A stretch of DNA of 62,600 nucleotides, the filler included, from Squatina squatina (lineage: Eukaryota), in NCBI GenBank assembly GCA_031763465.1. It is 4 parts of 3 records of this genome, joined end to end, with 100 filler letters (N's around TTAATTAATTAA, not from the genome) between each part and the next. Parts side by side here need not be neighbours in the genome. Positions count along the whole stretch, not along the records: positions 15,116 to 29,845 come from JARFOE010000004.1; positions 29,946 to 47,948 come from JARFOE010000192.1; 2 more parts are not named here. One strand, written 5' to 3'. The position numbers and the translations under genes were made by a program. Within the stretch, counting starts at the first letter, position 1. Every line of letters begins with the position of its first letter. The notes beneath the pieces are model-generated. The model was not told where the DNA came from. It made no database searches and worked only from the letters and a program-made list of their open reading frames with translations. This document shows positions 23,156-37,414 of this stretch, one piece after another.

Positions 23156-26100
23156 TCTGTATAATTAACCTCCTGGAGGCTGCTGCAAGCAACGTGTGAG
23201 AAAAAGAGGAATTTGAAACTTTCATTTATTATTTGTAAAAATATTGGAGATGGCGGTAAATGCTGTTTGACCGGGTGGGGTGTTTGGCGGCCAGGAAGTC
23301 ATGTGATGAAATCTTCAGGAATGCTTCTAACCAAAGTTGGTAATCTTAATGATGATGGGATTGGAGGGGAGGCGGGGGGCGGAGGGACATGTCCATAACT
23401 TTGCCTCTGGGTAGCAGCCATCCCCTTTAAGTACCAGTGTCCTGCAATAACATTGAATTTTCTGTTTATCACCTCCACCCCTCTTCACTCCCCCATGAAA
23501 ACCCCCCAGGGTTAGGACAGTATGCGTGAAATACAGAGTAAGTTCTGTTTTTAACCATAAATGTAATAATATGTTACAGTTTAAAAAGGTTAATGATTTA
23601 TAGTGAATAACTAGTATAAAAAAAATGTCTCACATATCTTAATGTCAATACTTATGCATGCACTCAATAATCTAGCTAAGGCTGTCATTATACTATCACT
23701 TTTGTATTGACGTAAGATGGTTTTGGGTGTGCATCACATCAATGGTGGGAACATAAAGTGGGAATCAAGTTGGGCATCTGACTCTCAAGAACACTGAAAT
23801 AGGAGTTGTGGTAATCTCATATCATTCAGGGTGCACGCCCCATGTAGTATAACTACAGTCCAGTGCAAAGCCCCATTTTAGGGTAGTCTATTGGACATAA
23901 TGAGAACTTTATTAACTTATTTTTGACTCATTTGATGTTGGGAAAGAAGCTATACTTCATAATATTAAGGGTTAGTTGTCAAGGTAGCAGAGTTCACCTA
24001 TGCAAACACAGCTTCACCACTGAATTCCATAAAAGATGCAATGGACAGTATAACTCTGATCTGCCAGTTGTGCATTGTACCACACAAGTTTGAGACTGGT
24101 ATATGTAGTGTAATGGCATAGTGTTATAGACCCACAATAGACCCTCAATAAAGGGCGTTTAAAACAGGACAAACAGCTGGTATTTATTTGCCTGACATCC
24201 TATACTGTGTTTATAGTAGAGAGTTGTACTTGTATGAGGCTGCGTGCATTTGAAGTTCCATCCTCCCACTGGTGAGATCCTTCAGTTTGTAGTGCAGTGT
24301 AGGTTCACTAACAGGACGATGAAAGCAGAGGCCAATAATCATGATCAGCACCAGCCAAGCTGCACCAAGCTCTCAGTTACTTTTACCACAGATTTAATCA
24401 GTATCCAAAGATGGCAAAAGCTCGCAAGTGGCTAAAAAACATTCCACTTCCATTCAGGGGAGGAGCAGGACGGTTTGGGGCAGTGTGGCTGGTGCCAGCT
24501 ACATTAACTTCGACTTTGCAACTATTACAGTTTGAAGTGGCAAAAAAACAAAGTCTGAAGGGATGTCTCATGCTTCTGACTTTCCAGAAAATCCACTAAC
24601 ATGGTTAGTTTTGTTTAAGCCTCTAACATGCAAGCTGTCACTCACCTTGGTTTAAAAATGCCACTTATTTCATGTAACTCACCCTTAAAAATAAATACGG
24701 CAAATGTATTTGCAATTGGTCTCACTTTTTGATCCTAACTCTCACTCATTTCCCTGATCTTCACACTTATGAGCTCAGCTTTTTGGCAATTGCAATCTTT
24801 ATAGTGCCAACAGATAGCAAATAAGGCATTAGTTCCTCATTTGCAAAGATTAGAAATATCAGATAGGTTAAGCAGATATCTACATTATTTGCAACTAATG
24901 AACAACATACCTTTGACATTACACAGATATTAAGCTTGCCAGTGAACATTGTTGCTTCACTTTTTTAAAGAAACGCCTCCTCAAAACAAATTGGTAAAAA
25001 GAATTTACAGCCTTGAACAACGGCATAGGATCATGTAAATTTCATTCGTCCCATTTTGTATGTTCCAGTGCTGGCATCAAATCGGAATTATCTACTCTAA
25101 TCACATTTTCCTGCTGTAGAATCATAGAACTTAAGGTTCTATCAAGCTGACCACTCCCAACAAGTGCATGAGGCCTTTATATAGAGAAATAGACGCATTC
25201 CTTCCCATCAGAACAGACTAGCTGATCTCTTCACATTGGTGTGATATGGTGTGATACCTGATAAACTCCTAGCATTTGCCCCAAGGCTGGTATTTCCAAT
25301 CCAGAGCCTGTAGGCCAAATCTGGCTCACTCCCTAATTTCATCCAGCCCACCCAGCAAATTGGTCTGCCCCTGAAATGATGCCTCCTGCTCTCAGCACAG
25401 CGACACGTATGAATGAGGTGAGCATCTCTGGAATAAAAGGCTGTGGTTTTGGATAGAGCAAACATGCAGTGCTTCTGGCTCTTTCAGTGCAACGTATCAG
25501 CTGAGACTCACCTACTCAGCACTCCTCTTGCCCTCCAGTTGGTGCCCACAGTATTGTGCTTTGCTGAGGCAGATTCTGACAGGAAAGGGATAGCAGTGCT
25601 GATAGTGAGAGTTGGGTGTTACTAATGATAAATGATCAGATAAATGTCTGGTGTTATTACAATTAGTTTGGTACGGTAGTGTTCAGAAAGATAGGGCAAC
25701 ATTTCTCACTGGGATTGTCAGCATTAGAAATGACCGATAAAATTTTGCTCAGATTTCGAGGGGGAGTTGAATCTATAACATCTATAATATTATTTTTCCC
25801 AGCACTATGTTGTCAGCTTGTTTCAATCGATGGAAACAAACTGGCGTCAAAATACACAACTCATGTTCTAAACTGCATCTCAGATATCCTCCATCAATTA
25901 ATGGAGCAGATTTTCAACATGNNNNNNNNNNNNNNNNNNNNNNNNNNNNNNNNNNNNNNNNNNNNNNNNNNNNNNNNNNNNNNNNNNNNNNNNNNNNNNN
26001 NNNNNNNNNNNNNNNNNNNNNGTGAGCAAGAATAATCCCTTATTTGTAAACCTTATATTGAATTCTACAGTCTTTATATAACCTCCTCTACATTGTACTG

Positions 26101-27728
26101 TTCCAGAGCAACATAAAAATGTCAAGAAGTTTCAGATTAGTCTTTTATATGTAGAAAGAATTTTAATCTTTGGTTTGTGGTTACTTGCTCATATATCGCA
26201 TGACCTTTGCTTTAACCAAACCATGCTGAATTCCACATTGTACTAACTCCTTCATACACTGTTCCTTTGTGTCTTGTTAGTGCCAAACACAGCCAAGTAC
26301 AAGTACTCTACAAGAAATAGCATTATACTTTATGAAGTTGAGGCTTGGAGTCTCACCATTCTCTAGAAACCACAAATATGGCAATAAAACAAACTTAGCA
26401 AAACTTGAAGAGAAAGCCCAAGTTAAGTGGTAGCATGAACTTTGCAACTGGCAAACAGTTCATTTGAAATATAGAACATATCTACAGGATTCTTGATTCT
26501 ATGACCCTAAGAATGTGGATCCCAGGATTCTACCATGGATCTTATACAAGATCTATAATAAAGCATGAATGACTAGATTAGCTGGTGGCTTATGTGTTGG
26601 TTATGGAAAGGGAAGTATTCAATTACATTACTGAGAGCTTGAACANNNNNNNNNNNNNNNNNNNNNNNNNNNNNNNNNNNNNNNNNNNNNNNNNNNNNNN
26701 NNNNNNNNNNNNNNNNNNNNNNNNNNNNNNNNNNNNNNNNNNNNNACTTAGATGTAGAAGTTAATGAACCACAAGTGCTACTTTAACACTCCAGCAGAAG
26801 TCTATAAATATTCACCCTACAGGCACTGTAATGCTGCTTAAACTGCAATATCGTGTGCACACACACATTATAAGTACTTTAATAATTCATTCTCTAATAT
26901 TACATTTCTTGGAGTTTTAATGTGCTGTCAAGGAAATTTATTTTGTCAATTACACCTAACTGACTCCATTGAATTGTTTAGCTCAACTAATCAGGTAAAC
27001 CAACTTGCAGTTTAATTCCTATAAATACCTGCATTGTACTTTTATGGAGCACATTTGCACAGCACATTAACAGCCTCCCACAATGCTGTGGTTCATGTGT
27101 TGGTGGTGCAGCTGCTGAGCCCATGCTGTAATGATTAAAGCTGTGTACTTATGTTCATTCCAGCAGTGTTGTGCACTGACATTTTGCCCATCCTCTGTAT
27201 TACAAGTCTGCTGTGGGCAAATAGCTCTACTTCTTTTATTTTCCCCTGCTCTCTGTGTCTCTTACCTCCCAACCAATACCGATCCATGTCACAAGCTTAC
27301 CTCCAATCCTGTGCGGTTTCATTTTTGCTAATAATCTATTGTGCTAGTGATGTCCTCAAATAATTCAATGAGACCACAAATCCACGCTGACTCTGTTTCA
27401 CTAGCTCATACTAGCCCAAATGCTCAGTCATTCTGTCTCCAATGAAAGATTCCAGTAGCTCCCCCACAACTGATGTTAAACCGATGGTCTATAGTTACTT
27501 ACTTTCTCCCTTCCTTCCGTTCATTCTAAAATAATGGAATGACATTTACAGTTTTCCAATCCAAAGGCACAATTCCTGAATCTAGAGAGCTTTGGAAAAT
27601 TATGTCTAATGCAACTGCAGTTTCCTTGCCTATTTCTTTTAATACTGTGGGGTGGAAACCGTAAGGTTCTGAAGATTTATTTATCTTGGTTGGATGTTAA
27701 TCAGTTTGTTAATACATGTTTTCATTAG

Positions 27729-27920
27729 GAGAAATTGAACCTATCATAAGACTGGTGAATGGCTCAGGCCCCCATGAAGGCAGGGTAGAGGTTTTCTATG
27801 AAAAGTTATGGGGAACAGTGTGCGATGATAAATGGGACAAGCAGGATGGAGAAGTGGTCTGCAGGATGCTCGGTTATAAAGAAGCTTCTGAAACTCATAC
27901 GGCAAATAAATTTGGACAAG
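27729..27920 (+). CDS. SCARA5: Scavenger receptor class A member 5-like, first SRCR exon
   Basis: 192-bp phase 1-1 exon (ttttcattAG ... GTAATA): EIEPIIRLVNGSGPHEGRVEVFYEKLWGTVCDDKWDKQDGEVVCRMLGYKEASETHTANKFGQG. IRLVNGSGPHEGRVEV and WDKxDGxVVCRMLG match SCARA5. Confidence 0.85.
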
Positions 27921-29776
27921 GTAATATTTTATTTTTCTTGAAATGAAAATGTAAATGAATGCTTGGTTTTCTGTTTTCATCAACCACATTTTCTGCTGGA
28001 TGAAGAACAGCAAATTTCTATTTAAATCTATAGACTTAAAAAAGATTTGAGGGAGAAATTCCCGTGCCTTTATAACTTAAAAATTACACAATCTGAGTGG
28101 GGGGTGAAATTTGGGGTGGAACTCAGCTCGGTCTCTGCCCCTTTTTCTGGCCCAATGAGGTAATCTTACAGTAGGGGGCACTGGCACTTCTCGATCCTAC
28201 CCCCACCCCCACAATGCCAGCGTCAGAGGAGGAGATGGGACAACCCCTCCGGCAAGCTCTCAGTTGCCTCTAAATGGCGTGGCTGCCTGTCCAAAATATG
28301 TTTATTGATTGACCATGGGATTTTGGACAGCAGGTGGAAGTCCTGGCCTGCCACACTTCATTGTTGATTTGTAGTCAAAATTATATTTCATATATTTTCT
28401 GTTGAGAATGAAGTGGCCCTTGTTTCATTGCTTTGGCTTTGGACACGACAGCCTGCATGGGTTAAACATTAGTGGTATTGCACCATGGTTAACATACATT
28501 GGAACCAACTCCTATAAAGCACATGATCACAGCAGCCTAGTCACCAATAAACTGCGTGAGAGTTTGTATTGTACAAGTATAATACAATATTTAATTTCTT
28601 CTTAAAAAATATATTTTTAGAATCTTATGTTGACTTATATATTGATGGAGTTGTATATTTTTTCTAATATATACTTGCAGGAGCATATTTTACTATGAAC
28701 CTATGGCATTTTTTTTTAATACTCTTACATTAATACATGAATGTTTCAAGATCAGTGCTTTTGTTAGTGGCCACAAGGATAATGATACCCTCGGCAGGAT
28801 CAATCAGGGACTATCCTTTTTTGTCTCGCAGTGCAGTTAGGTTGGCTTTCCAGGTTTGTGGTCCCTGACGAGCATGTAAGGTACCCTTGGCTTCCTCTCT
28901 GGTTAGGTTACTTCTCCCTCACAAGAGTGTGCTGTGGTTTTTATGGGCGGAAATCTTATATTATTATTCTTCAGGAACGGGGCCAGACCTCTAGTTAGGT
29001 TTTCAGTCTTAGAAAGAGCCACAACATAACTTATTCCAACTGGCACATATTATATCGACTAGATGAGCTCCCATGGCATTGCACACGGTAAGTCAGAGAA
29101 TTTGATATTTTTCTTATTGCCTCCACTGTCTTTAAGTTACTGCTTCTCTCTCTGTCATCTCCTCTTCCTCTTTTGCTTCTGACTCTCTCCTCTTCTGTTT
29201 TTCTTCCTTTAACTCTTTCTTTGCTTCTCTCTGTCTTTTCTTCTTGCCTTTTAAGTAGGTGGCGGTGGTTAGCATAACATAGTGTGCATGAAAAGAAGGC
29301 ACTGATGACTACAGACTGCAGTGTCTAGTGGTGGTTGGAAGTTAATTGTGGCTTGCAGCCTTTCTGCAACCTCCTTCCCATTCCCTACCCCTATCACTCA
29401 TGCTTCCTCTCATCCGCTCACTCCCTCTTCGTATTCTTACCATCCCCTCACTTTCCTATTCCCCATCACTCCGAGCACTATTTCTATTTCCATTCGTCTT
29501 GGCTGACCTCCTTCACTTTGAACTATCTGCCAGACCCATATATTCTACCCTCACCCACACTCTACTGTCACTCACACTCTTCACTTGCCCCTCTCTTCCA
29601 CCTGATCCCCTCAGGGACAGGTATTAAGAGACAAGAGGCCCCCTCACCCTTCCTGTTTCCTTCCTTCTTTTACACGCCTGTTCTCCCCACGCCCCCACAT
29701 CTATTTCTCTCAAAGAAGATTTGTTTGATTACAAAATTCAAATTAGTTTTTTTTAAATAAACACAAATTAAGATTA

Positions 29777-29845
29777 CAAACAAAAAATGCTGGAAAAACT
29801 CAGCAGGTCAGGCAGCATCTGTGGAGAGAAAAACAGAGTCAACGT
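29777..29845 (-). mobile_element. Penelope-type terminal repeat fragment
   Basis: Reverse complement of the 55757-55826 repeat; cut by the linker gap. Confidence 0.6.
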
Positions 29846-29889
29846 NNNNNNNNNNNNNNNNNNNNNNNNNNNNNNNNNNNNNNNNNNNN

Positions 29890-29901
29890 TTAATTAATTA
29901 A
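29890..29901. other. Artificial scaffold linker TTAATTAATTAA
   Basis: Same N44-12-N44 structure. Confidence 0.95.
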
Positions 29902-31907
29902 NNNNNNNNNNNNNNNNNNNNNNNNNNNNNNNNNNNNNNNNNNNNGTCAGAGAAAGAGAGCACAGAACAGCGGTGCTGCCTTTTCTTTCCCACGACGCCT
30001 GAATGTGACCCCCCTTCAGCAGTTGACACAGAGCATCAACATTTCCGCATTCCTCAAACAACAAAGGCGAAACGCCGCCTGGCCTTTTTCTCTTCCCAAC
30101 TCACTCACTCTCTCTCTGTGTGTGTCTCTCAGCTCAATGAACCTTTCCCACTGTCAAGTTCCAGCCGAAAGGGGGGAAAAAAACCCTTCAGACTACACAA
30201 CGCAAGATAAGCTTCCTTCTCTCTCTTCCCCCCCACCCCCGCCATCAACCACCGACACACTTTCTCCTCATTAAAAAAAGAGCATGAAAAAATCCAAATC
30301 AACTTCCTGGATACCAACATGTTAACGGTTCAGCTCAGTTAACTTCTGGAAAAGTTAAACCAGTTTAAAAACTTGGCCACTGTCCCGCTGGATTCCGATC
30401 CTTCTTGTTTCATACGTTTGCAAAAGTGTTGGAATTCAACAAGATAATATAATCAGCCTTGATCGTGAACTTGCAAAGTATAATGCGAACAACAATCAAA
30501 AGCAATAAAGTTCACGATGTGTACGTACCGCATATCCTGCTACTTCCAGCTCATTTTGCCCTTGCCTACGTTGCCAGCAACGTATCCGAGTTCTTTGTAC
30601 AATTTTGCTCCTTTGCCCCCGAAAGTGATGTGAAAGTAACTGGTTTAAACCCTACGCAATTAATCTGTAAAAAAAAGGGCAAAACTAAACCTACAACACA
30701 ACGTTTTTCTCCAAACCAACACGTCCAAAGGGTCTGTCATACAGTAGCTCTTTTACCCACAATACTTAAAGGGAAATAGATCACGTTTCANNNNNNNNNN
30801 NNNNNNNNNNNNNNNNNNNNNNNNNNNNNNNNNNNNNNNNNNNNNNNNNNNNNNNNNNNNNNNNNNNNNNNNNNNNNNNNNNNNNNNNNNAAGGAAATAT
30901 TATAGAAGATTTTTTTTTCAAGTTTGCCAATATTATCCTGTTCAGTCACACGATGTGTTGTGCAAAACAAACCAGTTGCGCGATTTTATATCAACTTTAT
31001 CTCACCAAAGTCATTATCCGTTCCGCCTACAGGAAGATTGGAGAAATGCATGCGAGAGCATATGTGAAAGATATGGGGGCAGAAACTGGTATGTGTTGCG
31101 CCCGTTTTACGGGCATAAAATGGACACAAAGCATGCCAATTTAGCAGTGGGCCAACCTGTGCACAATCTGCGCAAATGTTGGTCCCACTGCAAAACTCGT
31201 GGGGACCATTTTTTAGGCGTCCGGGGCAGATGCATATGTCGGGGCTGCCCAGCTCAAAATTTTTCAGCAGTCCCTGTGGCTGCCAACTGCAGCTAGGTTT
31301 ATCTTTTAATTAAAAAAAACATCTTTCAAAGGAGCCAGGAGGAGCAGGTATGTCCCCCTCAACTCCACGGTCTGCACAATCATCTCCTTCTCCCATTGCC
31401 TGCTCCAACCCTTCCTCCCTGATTCACTCCTGGAGAAGGGCGAGCTGCCTGTGGAGGCATGACAGATGCTCTCAGTCACCGTGAATGTCTTGATGAGGAT
31501 GAGGCCCCAAAATGGGAGCAGACTATTTTTTGACCCATGGTATCCAGTTAGTATGACAAGAGGGATCATTTGTTACATGTCCCAGATTTCATTTAAGTAG
31601 GCACTGGGCATTGTGATTTAACTCTGGAATGCCAGAGATGCAGAATCTACTTATGGTTGTGACTGGTGCCACTGTACTCAAGAGAAGATCTACTATCATG
31701 GCTCTCAGCATGACTTTCAAAGGGTTCTTTGAAATCATTGAGTTTGATGTTTTGCAATTGGCTCCGGTTTGTGTAGCTCTGTGTCTGTGTTACAAATCAC
31801 ACAATACCATTTAATGAATTAGAATTTCACTTATTCAGTCACTATAAATCCATGACCTGATGTTATCCCTTACCTGGCATAAAAACCTTTATTCTTATAA
31901 TAGAGCA

Positions 31908-33020
31908 GGGGCTAGAAATTTGTGAACACCACGCTGGAAACACTGCAGCAGGGAATAATGCTCCAATAGTGCCCGGCGTTACTAGCACCCAGGTGGTGGA
32001 AAATTCATTTAAGTTTTTGGTTTTTCCAGGCGTGGTGTTGTCGCAGGCACTGACAGCTGGAGGGGCGCTCTCTTTAATTTTCCAACCACTTTCACGTGAC
32101 ACATCTCATTAAGCAATTGCATTCCCACTGCCTTGATTCACATAAAAGCCTGGCTGCTCACAGTTCAGCAGCTTGTTGGTTCTGGGAAGAATTTGTTGGT
32201 GAGACCCATCATGTCTGGAGTATCCCGCCGGAGCAGGAGATTTACAGATGTGGCCCTGGAGACATTAGTCACATCGGTGGAGAGGAGGTGGGGGCAGCTG
32301 TTCCCTGCCTCCAGAAGAAAAGCTGCCCCTCAGTACTTTGGACGATGTGGCAGGCAATTGCCATTGAGGTCTCCTCATCTGATGTTGAAGAGCAGACACC
32401 TACCAAGAGCGGACACCTACCCAGTGCCGCAAGAAGTTCAATGACTTAACTCATCTCGTGCGGGTGAGTGCCACTTGCTCTGTTACAGAGAAGTACCTCA
32501 TTGCAGCACAGAAGATTAGTTACACACTAAATGTAGTCCTCATTCCTGATGCTTTATGACCTTCTACTATTCTCAGCTGCCGCCAATGACTTACATATCT
32601 CCACTGAAAGATGTCCATGCAGATGTTGCCATATCATCATGTTAGGATAATGCCGTTTCATTTGCAGGGAAGATCGCAGCAAATAGGGCCGCACAGTGTG
32701 GAACTGGTGGAGGCCCAACAACAGTCATGCCACAAACAGACCTGGAAGAGAGGGTGCTGCAGCTTATCGGCCCTCAAGTCACGGACCCAGTTGGACAGGG
32801 CCATGGAGGCCCAATGACTGGCGACATTGGTAAGTGTGGGAGTAGGGTATGAAGGCACTTCATCTTGAGTGCAGGAAGCGACATGAATGTGGGCATACCC
32901 AGTGTGGACATGCTTGAAGCCACATTTGTGTAGCTTTTCATTTCAACCATCTAAAGTATGTGCTATTTGTCATTGCAGAGGAATCAGCTCTTCTGCCAGC
33001 TCCACCATCATCCCGTAGCA
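31908..33020 (+). mobile_element. Harbinger element with decayed, intron-containing Myb/SANT-like ORF
   Basis: Starts GGGGCTAGAAATT. Exon 32211-32463 reads MSGVSRRSRRFTDVALETLVTSVERRWGQLFP.../WQAIAIEVS.../RTPTQCRKKFNDLTHLVR then GTGAGT. Second exon ~32668-32829 (KIAANRAAQCGTGGGP...GTAAGT). Frameshifted. Confidence 0.75.
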
Positions 33021-36000
33021 NNNNNNNNNNNNNNNNNNNNNNNNNNNNNNNNNNNNNNNNNNNNNNNNNNNNNNNNNNNNNNNNNNNNNNNNNNNNNNNN
33101 NNNNNNNNNNNNNNNNNNNNCGCTGTCTGTGAGAATTCTGCATTTTGATTGGCTGCTTTGACAGCTTGTTGGCGTCGCAGCTGCTCGCACCAGGGGATAC
33201 ACACTATGCTCCGTTGATTTGAATTGAACACCGAACTTCTCAACACAGAGATCAAGAGATCTTTATGTGAAGCTTTCTTCGAGGCCAGCGGCAAACGTCT
33301 TTGCTTCGCCGCTGACCGCAAATTACTAAATCACTCGTAATCCTCTGTGAGTGTAGCACAGTGTACTGAAGGTGACAATAGTCCCTTCGATGATGTTAAG
33401 TAGATATGACAGTAAAAGGAATCTTTCAGAACAAACTTCCAGCGTATGGCACTCAGTAAAAGTCACAGTAACTATAAAAGAACAGCAATGGCTAGTCTAC
33501 AGCAAGTGCACCTGTTTTCTCGTAAATTAAATAATTGCATTTGAAAGCCAAAGGGCAGGTGCTGTTCGATTAATTATCTACTCAGAGCAGCTCCCACTCC
33601 TCTACTGTGACGTTTGCTGAAAATTGATCATTAAAAAAAAAATTTAAGAACACCAGCTGCCTGTGATTTAATAGAAGTGGCTATTTTGCAACAAGCAGTT
33701 AGGACAGGAGTTAAGTGGATTTTATGCATTGTCACCATTTATTTGTCAGATAACCACGGCAGGTGTGCACTATATAAAATCTAATTGTCAAAGAATTATT
33801 AGAATGTATGCACTTTTAACATTCAGTGGTCTATGAAAACGTTTCGTTGTTAGATAATATACTTTTTTTACATCAACAGAGTTGAGAAATAGCTTCCGTT
33901 CATCAGGACTGCATTAGGCAATAAACGTCTCTGGGGTTGATTTGTTGACAGGTCTGCAGACCAAACCGCTTAATCAAAGCACAGGAACCGTTTATTGCCA
34001 AAGACATTTCTGAGAAACAGAGGTTATCGTTGTCNNNNNNNNNNNNNNNNNNNNNNNNNNNNNNNNNNNNNNNNNNNNNNNNNNNNNNNNNNNNNNNNNN
34101 NNNNNNNNNNNNNNNNNNNNNNNNNNNNNNNNNNTAAATTCATCACAAACAGAAGCACTTTTTCAGTTCTGAAGAAGGGGCCAGCTGCAGCATGAACTTG
34201 TCTTGTCTCTCCAGATGCGAATTGAGCTGCTGTAGATTACCAGTGCTTTGTCTTACAAGAAGAATGTTTTCATACTTGAGCCCTACATACCCCTCCTCAA
34301 CACAGGTTAGTCTCTTTTGCTCTTTATCCACCAGGCTATATTCTCTTTTCAGTGGCAGTAACGTTCAGGCCAATCAGGGACACCTCACTGAGCTTTTATA
34401 CTATTTATATAGTAGGAAGTTCTGGACAGGAAACCAAATTAAGCAAAACAAAATATGAAACTACATAATATATATGGCAATTAGTTCTGAAATATAAGAG
34501 GTAGATTTGGGCGCTAAAATCTTTATTTAACAAATACAGCCGAAGTGCTAATTTGTGATTTCCTCATCTTCATTTTCTTATCTTACACCATGCAACTTAG
34601 TCTGCTTCGCTTGAATTGAACCATATTTCTCAAGATTGAGGAAAATGACAATACCAAATAGCTGTACTACTTTTTTAAGGGCATTTGCTAGATGTTTTAC
34701 TAAAATGATTTTTAAAAAATAAAATATGTATTTGGATTGAATCCTGTTTGTTATAAGGTGAACAGCTGGCTGGTTTGATCTCTAAGTCATTTTGGACCAT
34801 TTAAAAATGTTTATAGTTAATAAATAATACTAGAGGATAGGCCTCAAACTGTCTTATTCATAAAGATGATAGATGGATTGCTCAAAGCTTTCCTGGATTT
34901 GTAAATGTGCCTGCATTCAATAGCTCTTCGTGGCACACTGAATTCACTAAAATATTGATCGACCTTCTTGCCAAGTTTCAGAAATTGTATTTATTTAATT
35001 TTGTAATCATACGTCCTGTGATGAGGATCATTGTATCATGTCACGAATAATGCATAGCTGCAGAAGCTTGTGAATGATTAACCCTGAATGAAAACAGAAA
35101 GCAGGACGGGACCCAAATTCTGCAACACATCTGTTACAGCTTTTGGTCATTGGATTCCAGTCATTAACAAGGAACGTTTCTGCTGAGACTGAATTCTGTA
35201 GTTTGGTGGCTAAATGGTGGTTAAGGTTCTGATACTCTTTATCATCACTAACTAATGCCAGCTGCTATTTATTAAGAAATTTCATCTTTTAACATGTTTA
35301 TATTTGAGATTTGTTGTCAATAGCATCTCCATTACTGGTGGGAAACTTGCAAACGAAACCAGTGGCACTGCCCTCATTGAAGGAGTGTGCACCACCAACA
35401 TCAATGATTTTCAGCCATGCCTCAGGCACAAATGTAAATGCTGATGTCAGAGGCAATTGCAGCAAAATAACTTGGCCTCTGACAGTCTGAATGACTAAGG
35501 TGCTCTTCCTGTGGAGGGCAAAGAAGCTGTATCGTTATATCTCTGGCCTGTACAAAGCTTCCCTGTTATTGTGTAAGGTACTGGCCCAAGAGAAATACAC
35601 TGTTTGTGTTTGCAAAGTTGTTTTAAAAGCAGAACAGGCTGCTGTAGAAACTNNNNNNNNNNACATGAAAGGGAAACTTCAACAGTAGCAGCCAGAACTG
35701 GAGAAACACTGCAGAAATTCGATAATATAAATAGAAAGACATTGCATTTTTTTAGCATCTTTCACATCCTTACGATGTCCCAAGCACTTTGCTGCCAATT
35801 AAGTCAAATCCTTTCATGGCAACTTGTGAAATTTAATTCAAGAAATCTGTTAAATTTTGGGTAGCATTGGGAAAATGACAATAAAAACTGCAAGATTGTC
35901 TTAAAAACATAACTGATTCACTTATGAACCTGCCATCCTGTCCTGATTTGGTCTACATGTGACTTCAGTTCCACATTATGTAGTTGACTCTTAATGCCCT

Positions 36001-37414
36001 CAGGGCAACTATGGAGAGACAGAAAATGCTGCCCTGTCAGTGTCATCCCCAGCTCGAGAACCAATTAAAAACATTTTTTTTGAAGTAGCTATGATAAACT
36101 GTGCCCACATCTGTCTAGCAGCTGGCACAGCTCAGTTACTGCCTCATGATGGAGGTACAGCCTTCTTCAGAATTGCCAAGGGGTCAGAAGTACTCATGCC
36201 TAGATCTGCAGAGAGGCAGGTATGGGTGCCAGCCGTAGAGCCCACCTATTGAGTTTGGGATTACTCATTACNNNNNNNNNNNNNNNNNNNNNNNNNNNNN
36301 NNNNNNNNNNNNNNNNNNNNNNNNNNNNNNNNNNNNNNNNNNNNNNNNNNNNNNNNNNNNNNNNNNNNNNNAAAAATATCTCATCTTGAAGGCGGAGCAC
36401 CCTTCTTTTAAATCTAGCTGACTGGCACCAAATTTGCTCTTGGCAGCCTGTCAACTTGCAGGCCTGATTCCGAACGTGCATTTTCCATGCACAGAGCCTA
36501 CTATTGCAAAATGCACTGTGCCTCGCCCCCTACTATGAGCACAGGATTGACAATGCCATAGGCGTTCACATCCTTAAACGTTGCTGTGATTGCTAAACTG
36601 GTTCCATTTTGCCTCTAATAATTCTGCCCAACTATAACTGAAAAAGATTAGCTGGCTTTCCCCAGTGTTATCGTTGCATTGTGCTCCCATATATGCACAA
36701 AGTGCTCAGCTGTTTCCTGTTGCAAGTTTCCATAGCTTATCTGCACATTCATTTATAAATACTGAATTCATCTCTTTATATGGTATTCTTTTGAGATGAC
36801 AGCCGCACTCCCTTTTATTTCCCTTAAGGCCTACCATATTTGTCAGCAGTGGCTATCGCAGCAGGACTCATCGAACCCTCTTGGCTGAACAAATTAAAAG
36901 AAACAGATCTCTGTATGATGTTCTACACTGTGCAGTTTCCACTGAGATCATCATGTACCTTAGTGTCTGTTTTGATGTCACCACAGTTCTTCTGCACCTC
37001 GCTGATTGTCCTTCTTATTTCTGACGCAGCAACGACACACTGGGGATATGATCTGGAACATCAGCCCATGCACTGGGGCTAACTCAATGCCACTATTTGC
37101 GCTGAAGGTTTTTGGAGCCGGATTGGATTTCATTAGGGGCTGCAGTAGTTTCGGGCACCTCCACTCCCATGCTAAGCTCCCGATATTGAAATAATCTCAT
37201 AAGGCCTCATGTGGCCTTGCCTGCTCCCCTTGGATTCTGAAACGGCGATTAATTGCTGCTGAATCTGGTTGAAAATATTGACAGGATTTGCAGCTGAAGT
37301 TCTGGAGGCTTGATTTTATTCCACCCCACCAGCCCCCACCCCGACCCAATCCTCACCCCAGTGTACTTCTATTTGAGGCACAGGCAATAGTTGGGTTGTG
37401 GGCAATTGTTGGGG

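Noticed and set aside
29140-29720. Pyrimidine-rich ORFs (29335-29760)
   Set aside because: Low-complexity CT-rich sequence.
34143-34331. 62-aa minus-strand ORF ending CFCL (CaaX-like)
   Set aside because: No ATG start or splice acceptor, an upstream in-frame stop, and no recognised homology.
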